A stretch of DNA of 27,282 nt, from the NCBI GenBank assembly GCA_964477335.1, contig CAYZHI010000001.1, positions 1 through 27,282 on the forward strand, given 5' to 3'. The stretch's first letter is position 1, and every line of letters starts with the position of its first letter. The position numbers and the translations under genes are program-made. The notes beneath the pieces were generated by a model, which worked only from the letters and a program-made list of their open reading frames with translations, made no database searches and had not been told where the DNA came from. Of this stretch, positions 7,571 to 15,249 are shown one piece after another. Source of the stretch: an uncultured Caldilineaceae bacterium (GTDB taxonomy: Bacteria > Chloroflexota > Anaerolineae > 4572-78 > J111).

Positions 7571-10252
7571 TTGATCGGGAAAATCCTTGGCAACCGCTAT
7601 AGAGTTCTCCGCGAAGTTGGCAGCGGGGGCATGGCCTGGGTCTACCTGGCTGAAGATATCAAAGATAATAATTTGGTTGCCGTTAAAGTTTTATACCCCC
7701 AATTTGGTGAAGATTTAGCCTATATTCAGCGTTTCAACCGTGAAGCCAAGCTGGCCAGCATGTTGACCGATCCGCACATCGTCCCCGTTTTAGATTACGG
7801 CGCCGATCGGGATATTCATTACCTGGTTATGGAATTTATTGACGGCAAAGATCTCCGCGAAACGCTGGAGGAAAAGGGGCCATATGCCTGGCGAGAGGCG
7901 CTCGAAATAGTGGATCAGCTGGCCACTGCCCTGGAGCACGCTCATCTTTATGGCATTGTCCACCGAGATATTAAACCCCAAAATATGATGTTGACCGACT
8001 CCGGGCTGCTTAAAGTTCTTGATTTTGGCATTGCCCGGATTCCTACATTGCCCTCATTAACCCAATCTGGTTTTGTGGGTTCACCCTACTATGTTTCACC
8101 GGAGCAAGCTATGGGCGAGGAAATTGATACTCGCTCTGATATCTATTCTTCCGGCATCGTTCTCTATGAATTATTGACCGGTCGAATTCCGTTTGACGCC
8201 AAGAGTCCCTGGTCAATTATCAATCAGCATCTCACCAGCGAACCACCTCCACTTAACCTAACCAACACTGATATTCCGTTAGAAGTTGAACAGTTACTGA
8301 GCCGAATGATCGCTAAGCGACCCGAAGATCGATTTCCCAATCCCAGCGCCTTGCGGCGGGCGCTTAGCGCAGTCTTGGCCGGTGAGCCTATCCCGGATAG
8401 CGCGCTCGACACTCAGCCCATTACACCACCCAATAAACAGGCTATGGCCGATAGTTTTTATCAACGGGCCTTGCGGGCAATGGAAGCTGAGGAGTGGGGT
8501 CGGGCTGCCGACTTGCTGAATCAGGTACTCAGTCTGGTGCCATCCCATAAAGAGGCCTCAGCCAAGCTCATGCTGGCCGACCAGAAGTCTTTTGTAGCGT
8601 CGCTCTTCAACGCCGGCAAACGGGCTTTGAAAAACGAACGGTGGGAAGAAGCCATTAATAGTTTCAACGGCATCCTTGAACTTGAACCAGATCGGTTGGA
8701 GGTTAAGGAGTTGCTGGCTCAGGCTCAGCAAGCTCTGGAAAAGGAAAATGCCGAACAACTCATTATTACACTCTACCACGAAGGCCAGGCTCACCTTGAG
8801 GCGCAACGTTGGGACCTGGCAGTAAAAGCATTTGAAGACGTACAGCGTTTGTCGCCGGATTATAAAGAGGTTGAGCAGTTTCTGGCCGAAGCAAGGCGGA
8901 GGGCCAACCCAACGTTCATCCAAAAAATCGTCTCGATGCGTTATGATAATTGGTGGCGCTGGGGGTTGGTTGCCGCCGGGGTGTTGGTTATCTTTGGGTT
9001 GTTTTTCACGTTTGGCACCGAGAATTCCCCGGTAGCGGGAGACGATAACCTCAGAGAAAAGTTAAAGACACTCTATGCCGACGCTCAGGTGGCAATTCAA
9101 AATGATGACTCAGAACGAGCCATTGCCTTGCTTGACCAAATTTTGGCCGAAGATCCAGACTATGCCAATGCGGCCGACCTGAAGCGAGAGCTAACCATTA
9201 CGCCCACCCCCGCCCCAACCAGCACACCCACCGCCACGCCCGACGCCCTGGCTCCGCTCCTGGCTGAGGCCCAGGCTGCGGTAGAGCTTGGCGATTGGTC
9301 TGCCGCGCTGGAACATTTGGCCGAGATCAAAGAGGCAAATTCAGAATACCAACAAGCTCTGGTCATAGCTCTTTTCTGCGACGCCTCGGTCAATCGCGGG
9401 CTGGAAAAGCTGGCCAACATCGCCCCGGCTGACAACGAGCAAGAAATTGTTCAAGCTGCTTTGGCCGATTTTGAGGCAGGCGCGGCGGCCTGTCCCCGGC
9501 GAACCGATTTACGAGATCAGTTAGATCGCTCAACGGCCTATCTTAAAGCGCTTAATACCCCTACCAACGACTATGACACCTTGATCCAAACGTTAACCCC
9601 TTTGGTCGCCGCCGACCCTGACTTTGCAACTGCAAAAGCCAAAGACCTCTTGTATAACGCTCACCTTAATCGGGGTGATGCTCGCCGTGAAGCCGGGGAC
9701 TTTGTAGGCGCCTTGAGTGATTATGAAACGGCCCTGGCCTTAAGAGTAGCCAACCCTAATGAGGCCCAAACCCATCGAGCTGAACTGCTGCTATCTTTTG
9801 GTCAGCAGGCCAGCGTGGACAGCTTAGCTACTCCACCACCCGCAGTCACTGCGACCAGCACCACCGGTGCAGAGGAGCCAGCCACACCGGAACCGGTTCG
9901 GATAAGATTCGGGCCGCCCCAATTAATCAGCCCGGAAAATGATGCCCTTTTTGCCGGAAAATTTGGCGATGTCTACGTTGAATGGGCGCCGGTTGGTTCT
10001 CTGGCGCCGGATGAATACTACGACCTGACGGTGATGCACATCTACGCTGACGAACCGACCTATTGGGGTACGGCCACTCGAGAAACTCGGCTGAAACTCA
10101 ATCCAGAAGATATCGGCGTGGGCAGGGCCGGTCAGGATCGTTTTTATTGGTGGGTAACTGTGCGTAAGGCCAATACTGCGTCGGCGGCCAACAGTTTGGA
10201 TTTACCGGTAAGCCGCCAGAGTGAAGGTAGAACTTTCGTTTGGGCTCCCTAA
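7571..10252 (+). CDS. Membrane Hanks-type Ser/Thr protein kinase: kinase - TPR-like repeats - TM - TPR-like repeats - Ig/FN3-like domain
   Basis: Intact motifs GSGGMAWVY, VAVK, HRDIKPQN, DFGIA, SPEQ and DIYS. TPR-like helices on both sides of the TM at ~8951-9016. Start placed at TTG 7571 because CAGGAG lies 6 nt upstream (ORF track starts at 7496; ATG 7553 is an alternative). Confidence 0.93.
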   Translation: MIGKILGNRYRVLREVGSGGMAWVYLAEDIKDNNLVAVKVLYPQFGEDLAYIQRFNREAKLASMLTDPHIVPVLDYGADRDIHYLVMEFIDGKDLRETLEEKGPYAWREALEIVDQLATALEHAHLYGIVHRDIKPQNMMLTDSGLLKVLDFGIARIPTLPSLTQSGFVGSPYYVSPEQAMGEEIDTRSDIYSSGIVLYELLTGRIPFDAKSPWSIINQHLTSEPPPLNLTNTDIPLEVEQLLSRMIAKRPEDRFPNPSALRRALSAVLAGEPIPDSALDTQPITPPNKQAMADSFYQRALRAMEAEEWGRAADLLNQVLSLVPSHKEASAKLMLADQKSFVASLFNAGKRALKNERWEEAINSFNGILELEPDRLEVKELLAQAQQALEKENAEQLIITLYHEGQAHLEAQRWDLAVKAFEDVQRLSPDYKEVEQFLAEARRRANPTFIQKIVSMRYDNWWRWGLVAAGVLVIFGLFFTFGTENSPVAGDDNLREKLKTLYADAQVAIQNDDSERAIALLDQILAEDPDYANAADLKRELTITPTPAPTSTPTATPDALAPLLAEAQAAVELGDWSAALEHLAEIKEANSEYQQALVIALFCDASVNRGLEKLANIAPADNEQEIVQAALADFEAGAAACPRRTDLRDQLDRSTAYLKALNTPTNDYDTLIQTLTPLVAADPDFATAKAKDLLYNAHLNRGDARREAGDFVGALSDYETALALRVANPNEAQTHRAELLLSFGQQASVDSLATPPPAVTATSTTGAEEPATPEPVRIRFGPPQLISPENDALFAGKFGDVYVEWAPVGSLAPDEYYDLTVMHIYADEPTYWGTATRETRLKLNPEDIGVGRAGQDRFYWWVTVRKANTASAANSLDLPVSRQSEGRTFVWAP

Positions 10253-10381
10253 ATTTGAACGTTGATGGGGCTACTACCAGCTGAGCAGCCGAGTCTAACA
10301 TTTGATCGTTTACGAAAAAATGCAGCAGTTCTTCCCCAACCAGTAGTCTCTCCATCCTATTGCCCTCACCCGGACCAGCCA

Positions 10382-10390
10382 TGATATAAT
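10382..10390 (+). promoter_or_regulatory. Extended -10 element upstream of the Phd-like/IMPase pair
   Basis: TGaTATAAT about 90 nt before ATG 10481; TTGCCC at 10360 gives a 19-nt spacer. Confidence 0.5.
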
Positions 10391-10480
10391 TGAAATGTCT
10401 CTTGGTTTAACAATTTGCGCGCTTTCTTTTACTCCAAGTAGGCCCTTCAAACTGACTTGAGTGACTGCAGGGTACAGAAG

Positions 10481-10780
10481 ATGGATAAAAAATTCAAACA
10501 AGCGCTCATCGATGAGTTTACCAGAGTTAATACCACCAAAGACCCTGTAATCATCAAACACAGCGGCACGCCCATCGTCCTGCTCTACCCTATTGAAGAG
10601 CCTCAAAAATTCCAGGCTAAACGTGATCAGGAATTCCAACAGTTAAAAACAGAACTAAATCACCTTTTGACTTTTATCCGGTGCCGGATAAAACAGTTGC
10701 CGGAAGAGGTAGAGACCCAACTGGCTACCCATCGACAAAAGATTAAAGAGGCCCTGCAAAAACCTGATGACACCCTTTGA
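10481..10780 (+). CDS. Small protein with a Phd/YefM antitoxin-like N-terminal motif and a helical C-terminus
   Basis: 99 aa from ATG 10481. DPVIIKHSGTPIVLLYPIEE resembles the Phd/YefM pattern (PV.I...G.P..VL.P.E). Overlaps the next gene by 14 nt. Confidence 0.55.
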   Translation: MDKKFKQALIDEFTRVNTTKDPVIIKHSGTPIVLLYPIEEPQKFQAKRDQEFQQLKTELNHLLTFIRCRIKQLPEEVETQLATHRQKIKEALQKPDDTL

Positions 10781-11573
10781 TTACCTGCAAGTACAAAGTT
10801 GGGTTCGAGAAGCCGGACGAATTGCTTTAACTCATTTTCAAACCCAACTACACCGGCAGCAGAAGGCAGATTATAGCCCCGTTACTGAGGCCGACAAGGC
10901 CGTTGAAGATTTCATTATTGGCAAAATCGAACAGACGTACGGATGGCTTGACCACGGTTTCATTGCCGAAGAATCTGGCGGCGATTGGCAAGGCAAGGAG
11001 TTTGTGTGGGCCATTGATCCCATCGATGGCACGCGGGTATTCATCGATGGGTTGCCCTTATGGTGCATTAGCATTGGCCTGCTGCGCCGCGGTGAACCCT
11101 ATCGGGGTGTGGTCTATCTGCCCACCCTTGACGAAATTTATTACACTAACAACGAAGGAATACCTTTTTGGAACGACCGCCCCCTTGCCGGTATGCTTCG
11201 CACCGACTGGAATCGGGACTCGTTTATGTGTGTGCCCTCGACCGTGCATCAACATTTTGAGATCGATTTCCGCCGGCTTCGGGCCCTGGGAGCAATTGCC
11301 ACCCACCATGTTTACGTGGCCAGAGGAGCTACTGCGGCTGCCCTGCATCGCGATGCCAAAATCTGGGATCTGGCGGGCGCCCACGCCATTCTTAGCGCAG
11401 CGGGCGGTGTGGCCAGCTATCTGGATGGCCGGCCATTCTCACTGGCTGAACTCTTAACCAACGAGCAATGGCTCTGTCAACAGCCGATTCTGGTTGGACA
11501 TCCGGTTATGCTGGAAAAATTATTACCCAGAATTAGAGCCTACCCAACCACCACCACAAACTCAGCCCAATAG
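10767..11573 (+). CDS. Inositol monophosphatase family (SuhB/HisN/CysQ superfamily) Mg-dependent phosphatase
   Basis: 268 aa. SPVTEAD, IAEE, WAIDPIDGT and IWDLAGAHAILSAAGG; the metal-binding residues are present. Confidence 0.93.
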   Translation: MTPFDYLQVQSWVREAGRIALTHFQTQLHRQQKADYSPVTEADKAVEDFIIGKIEQTYGWLDHGFIAEESGGDWQGKEFVWAIDPIDGTRVFIDGLPLWCISIGLLRRGEPYRGVVYLPTLDEIYYTNNEGIPFWNDRPLAGMLRTDWNRDSFMCVPSTVHQHFEIDFRRLRALGAIATHHVYVARGATAAALHRDAKIWDLAGAHAILSAAGGVASYLDGRPFSLAELLTNEQWLCQQPILVGHPVMLEKLLPRIRAYPTTTTNSAQ

Positions 11574-11593
11574 GCTTCTGGCCCGTTTTTAGA

Positions 11594-11622
11594 TTGTCAA
11601 AGGCTTTAAAATAGCTTATACT
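11594..11622 (+). promoter_or_regulatory. Sigma-70 promoter of the roadblock pair
   Basis: TTGTCA-17 nt-TATACT, 35 nt before ATG 11658. Confidence 0.7.
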
Positions 11623-11657
11623 TATGCTAGTAACATAATGCAAAGGTTTGAACAGCC

Positions 11658-12074
11658 ATGGCTCAAGTTTACAAAACAGATCTGCTTGAAGGCGCCTTGA
11701 AAGAGCTGTGCAGCAAATTAGAAGGGGTCCAGGGCGCGGTCATCGTGAGTATCGAAGGCTTTGTTGTAGCCGCCTACTCCCCGCTTGAGACTGAAATGGA
11801 CGAAGAAGACAGCCCGACCAGTAGTCCACAAGTAGCCGCAATGGCTGCCACCTTGATTGCCCTGGGCGAACGCACCCTCTCCCGGTTGGCCCAAGGTGAG
11901 ATGATCCGGCTACTAATCGAAGGAAATGACGGCGGTATGTTGGTGGTGCCGGCTAACCGGCGCTCATCTGTAGCCGTGATGGTTGGCAGGGAAGCAAAGA
12001 TGGGGTTGGTACTATACGCCTTGCAACAAAGCGCCAAGAAAATTAGTCATATTCTTGAAGGAAGCGTTAATTGA
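11658..12074 (+). CDS. Roadblock/LC7 domain protein (MglB-like) 1
   Basis: 138 aa. GVQGAVIVSIEGFVVAA...VAAMAATLIALGER...GEMIRLLIEG.DG...AKMGLVLY matches the roadblock fold pattern. Confidence 0.92.
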   Translation: MAQVYKTDLLEGALKELCSKLEGVQGAVIVSIEGFVVAAYSPLETEMDEEDSPTSSPQVAAMAATLIALGERTLSRLAQGEMIRLLIEGNDGGMLVVPANRRSSVAVMVGREAKMGLVLYALQQSAKKISHILEGSVN

Positions 12075-12460
12075 TGACCAATTCAGATCAAATCAAAGAT
12101 AATAGTCAACTCTTGACCGAAATTCTTGACGAATTGACATTTCGCAATCCCAACGTTCTCAGCGCCCTGGTTGTAAGCGACGATGGTTTAAATGTAGCTT
12201 CCGGCCTGCCGCACGATGATGATGATACCATTGCCCTGACTGCTTCTGACCTGATGGATATGGCCGCAGATTTCTGTAAGCGTTTAGAACAGGGCCGGCT
12301 GGTTCGGGTGGTGTTAGAAGGCGAACAACGCACCACGATTGTAGTAAATGCCGGCAGCCGTACTGTTCTGGCGGTGCTGGTTCCGGCCGAAGCCAAATTG
12401 GGCTTGGTAGCGCTCTCGATGCGCCGGGCGGCCGATCAAATCGCCGCGATGTTTGGATAA
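12074..12460 (+). CDS. Roadblock/LC7 domain protein 2 (divergent paralog)
   Basis: 128 aa from ATG 12074, overlapping the upstream stop in TGATG. VLSALVVSDDGLNVASGL...GRLVRVVLEGE...AKLGLV. Confidence 0.92.
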   Translation: MTNSDQIKDNSQLLTEILDELTFRNPNVLSALVVSDDGLNVASGLPHDDDDTIALTASDLMDMAADFCKRLEQGRLVRVVLEGEQRTTIVVNAGSRTVLAVLVPAEAKLGLVALSMRRAADQIAAMFG

Positions 12461-12491
12461 ATTTGCCAGAGCTGTAATTGCGCCTCGAATC

Positions 12492-12529
12492 AAAAAGAGC
12501 TACCCCGTTTAGACAAGGTAGCTCTTTTT
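12492..12529. terminator. Bidirectional intrinsic terminator
   Basis: AAAAAGAGCTACC-12 nt-GGTAGCTCTTTTT between the convergent roadblock 2 and kinase 2 genes; U-tract on both strands. Confidence 0.88.
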
Positions 12530-12547
12530 ATGTAGAAATAGAATTTC

Positions 12548-15067
12548 TTACATACCCCACGACATCCGCTCATTGGTCCATTCACGATCGCCGCCAGCCC
12601 CCCACGGATTGCCTTTGGGAAAGTCAAACAGCTTGGTCACGGCGCCGCCGCCGGTCGAGACCACATACACAGCCCAACCCCCGCCCCGGTCCGAAGCAAA
12701 CGCAACCCACTGGCCATCCGGAGAAATCGTCGGTAAGCCGTCGTTAGAAGTGGGGCTGTTAGAGAGGTTGGTCAATCCCTCACCATTCAGACCCATTACA
12801 TATACTTCCCAATCCCCACTTTCCCTCGAATGCAGGACGACCAGGCTACCCGCCGTATCGGTAGGAGTCAGGCTGGTGCCATCGGCTATCTTGCGGGGTG
12901 TTTCGCCATTGCTGCTGCGTTTGTTAGCCCACGAACCAACGGTAAAAACGCCACAAGATTGACCCCCGGCCCAACTGTTACAACCTTTGTACACAATCTG
13001 GTCGCTCTCAGTCCAGACCGGGTTGCTACCCTGAATTTCACCAACCTGTCCGGCCGGCACCAAAACCCCAAAACGGGCTACATCAATACACGTTTGTTCC
13101 GACTCCTGAGAAGGTGGGATCAAGCCACACTGCACAAAGATATAGGAGTGATAGTTCCCATCAGAACCAATCGCCAATTGTGGATTGTCGTAAGCCAAAC
13201 GATTACCATAAGGGTCATAGGTCGGATGGGAATCGGTCGGTGAGCCACTAACCGCTCTTTCAATGGTCCCGGCGGAGCTTGCTTCAAAAACATTTTCGCC
13301 AAAGCCGCCGCCCTGACCGTTGATGAGTAACTTGGCCCCATCGGGACGAAAATTAGGTTGGCGCGCCCCATCGATCCGGGTAAGTTGTCCACCATCGGGC
13401 ATAGAGACAATGAAAAGATCATACCTGCCACCGCCATTATCGACCGGAAAAGCCAACTTTCCGGAAATAGGTGGTCGTTCGGGTGTTGGGGTGGCCGTAG
13501 GCTCGGCCGGCGGGGCCGGAGTAGGGGTATTGGTGGGTGGACCAGGTGTCGGCGTATCAGTAGGAATGGGCGTGGCCGTAGCTTCTGGTGTTGGCGTTAC
13601 CAGCGCCAGAGCTTCAGCTGTGCTGGCTTCGGCCGTAGCAGTTCGAGCCGTGGCAATCTCAGCCGTGGCCGCTTCAGATGTAGCCAGAAAACTTTGGATG
13701 AGACCCGCCTGCTGTTCAAACTGAGCCGTGGCGGTGTTGGCTATATCAAGCTGAGCCTGGGCGGTCCGGGTGGGAGCAACCACCTCAAGGGCTGCGGCTG
13801 TGCCGGTAGCATTGGCCGCACTCTGGGCCGCTACAGTCTCAGCGGTAGCCGTAGTAGCGGCGTTGTTGGCTGCGGTATTAGTTGCAGCACTAACCGCAGC
13901 AGCCGTTTCTCTTTCCTCAACAGCAGCCGTAGCCGCGGCATCGACCGTGGCCGTAGGCGTTGGCCGGCTCAGGACGAATGCCCCCACTACCCCGGCCACA
14001 ACCAACACCAAGATAATCGCCCCACCAATGGCCAGAGGCAGCACCGGCACGCCCCTGGCCGGAGCTGCAGTGGCTTCAGGAGATAGCACTGTCGCCCCCT
14101 CGCCGGCGCTGCCAAGCGCTGTGGCCGCTTTCTGCCGGCTTCTGAGAGGACCGGTGGGGTGATCAATCTGGTGAATCTTTGGCGGCGGGGCGACCGTTTT
14201 CAGGGGAGTGCTGTGAAGCGTATCGTCGGGGGCCAGGCCAACCGCGTCGCGCAAATCTTTGGCCATTGCTCCGGCACTCTGATAACGGTCATCCGGATTC
14301 TTGCTCATCGCTTTGAGGATGACTTTCTCCACCCCTTCCGGAATGTCTGGATTGATCTTTCGGGGCATCGGTAGTGGTTCACTGATATGCTGCATAATTA
14401 CGGCAAAGGGTGTATCAGCATCGTATGGAACCGTACCGGTAACCATCTCGTAGAGCATCACGCCCAGGGAGTAGATATCGCTGCGCTCATCCCCTCGTTC
14501 ACCCTGACCTTGCTCCGGCGACATATAGGCCGGGGTGCCGGCCAGGGCGCCGGTCTGCGTAAACTGAGTAGCGCCTACAATCCGGGCAATCCCAAAATCG
14601 GTCAGAACGATTTGTCCTTCCTGATTGATCATAACGTTGGCCGGTTTGATATCGCGGTGGACCATGCCGCGGGCATGGGCATAATCAATAGCGCTACACA
14701 ATGCCGTAAAAATTCGGGAGATCTCCTCGTAGGTAAAGGGCTGATTGGCTGCCCGGCGCGCTTTCATTTCCTCCTTCAAAGTCGGGCCGTCGATATACTC
14801 CATCGCCATAAAGTACAGGTCGCCTTCGCGGTCAAAATCAAGCGCCTGCACAATAGCGGGATGGCGTAGTTTACCAATGGCCAGAGCTTCCCGCTCAAAT
14901 CGACCGATGAAATCAGCATCATCGACCAGATGGCTGTGAAGAACTTTGATCCCCACATAGCGATCCAGGCCAGGCTGGTAGGCTTTATAGACTTCAGCCA
15001 TCCCGCCCCGACCTAATCTGGCTACAACTCGATACCGTCCCAGTGTTTTACCAACTAACTCTGCCAT
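12548..15067 (-). CDS. Membrane Hanks-type Ser/Thr protein kinase: kinase - TM - Thr/Ala/Pro-rich stalk - TolB-like (PD40) beta-propeller
   Basis: 839 aa. GRGGMAEVY, VGIK, HRDIKPAN, DFGIA, MSPEQ and DIYSLG. TM at ~13970-14044. Propeller repeats QPNFRPDG, PTISPDGQWVAFASDR at ~12551-13468. Confidence 0.94.
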   Translation of the reverse strand: MAELVGKTLGRYRVVARLGRGGMAEVYKAYQPGLDRYVGIKVLHSHLVDDADFIGRFEREALAIGKLRHPAIVQALDFDREGDLYFMAMEYIDGPTLKEEMKARRAANQPFTYEEISRIFTALCSAIDYAHARGMVHRDIKPANVMINQEGQIVLTDFGIARIVGATQFTQTGALAGTPAYMSPEQGQGERGDERSDIYSLGVMLYEMVTGTVPYDADTPFAVIMQHISEPLPMPRKINPDIPEGVEKVILKAMSKNPDDRYQSAGAMAKDLRDAVGLAPDDTLHSTPLKTVAPPPKIHQIDHPTGPLRSRQKAATALGSAGEGATVLSPEATAAPARGVPVLPLAIGGAIILVLVVAGVVGAFVLSRPTPTATVDAAATAAVEERETAAAVSAATNTAANNAATTATAETVAAQSAANATGTAAALEVVAPTRTAQAQLDIANTATAQFEQQAGLIQSFLATSEAATAEIATARTATAEASTAEALALVTPTPEATATPIPTDTPTPGPPTNTPTPAPPAEPTATPTPERPPISGKLAFPVDNGGGRYDLFIVSMPDGGQLTRIDGARQPNFRPDGAKLLINGQGGGFGENVFEASSAGTIERAVSGSPTDSHPTYDPYGNRLAYDNPQLAIGSDGNYHSYIFVQCGLIPPSQESEQTCIDVARFGVLVPAGQVGEIQGSNPVWTESDQIVYKGCNSWAGGQSCGVFTVGSWANKRSSNGETPRKIADGTSLTPTDTAGSLVVLHSRESGDWEVYVMGLNGEGLTNLSNSPTSNDGLPTISPDGQWVAFASDRGGGWAVYVVSTGGGAVTKLFDFPKGNPWGAGGDREWTNERMSWGM

Positions 15068-15130
15068 AATTTACCTGTTTGGATGTGGTGAAAGTAGTAA
15101 TGAATTGGTATCAATTTTGCCCAAATATAA

Positions 15131-15150
15131 AGGCGAACTATCGTTCGCCT
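15131..15150. repeat. Palindrome AGGCGAAC-N4-GTTCGCCT in the predicted 5' UTR of kinase 2
   Basis: Perfect 8-bp stem between the promoter (15184-15212) and ATG 15067. Confidence 0.7.
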
Positions 15151-15183
15151 CTAATCGTAGAGAGACGCACCACCAACAACTTC

Positions 15184-15212
15184 ATTATAACATTGCCCCT
15201 GTGGTGCGTCAA
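15184..15212 (-). promoter_or_regulatory. Near-consensus sigma-70 promoter of kinase 2
   Basis: Minus strand reads TTGACG-17 nt-TATAAT with an extended -10 TG. Confidence 0.8.
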
Positions 15213-15249
15213 TCAGTCACTTAGAAATTAGCTCCGGCCGATAAGGCTT

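Noticed and set aside
10310-10639. 109-aa minus-strand ORF as a possible antisense toxin partner
   Set aside because: Shadow of the Phd-like gene with no toxin motif and no RBS; the plus-strand ORF has the promoter and the coupling to the next gene.
10481-10780. Complete type II toxin-antitoxin module
   Set aside because: No toxin-family gene is adjacent; only the antitoxin-like motif is supported.
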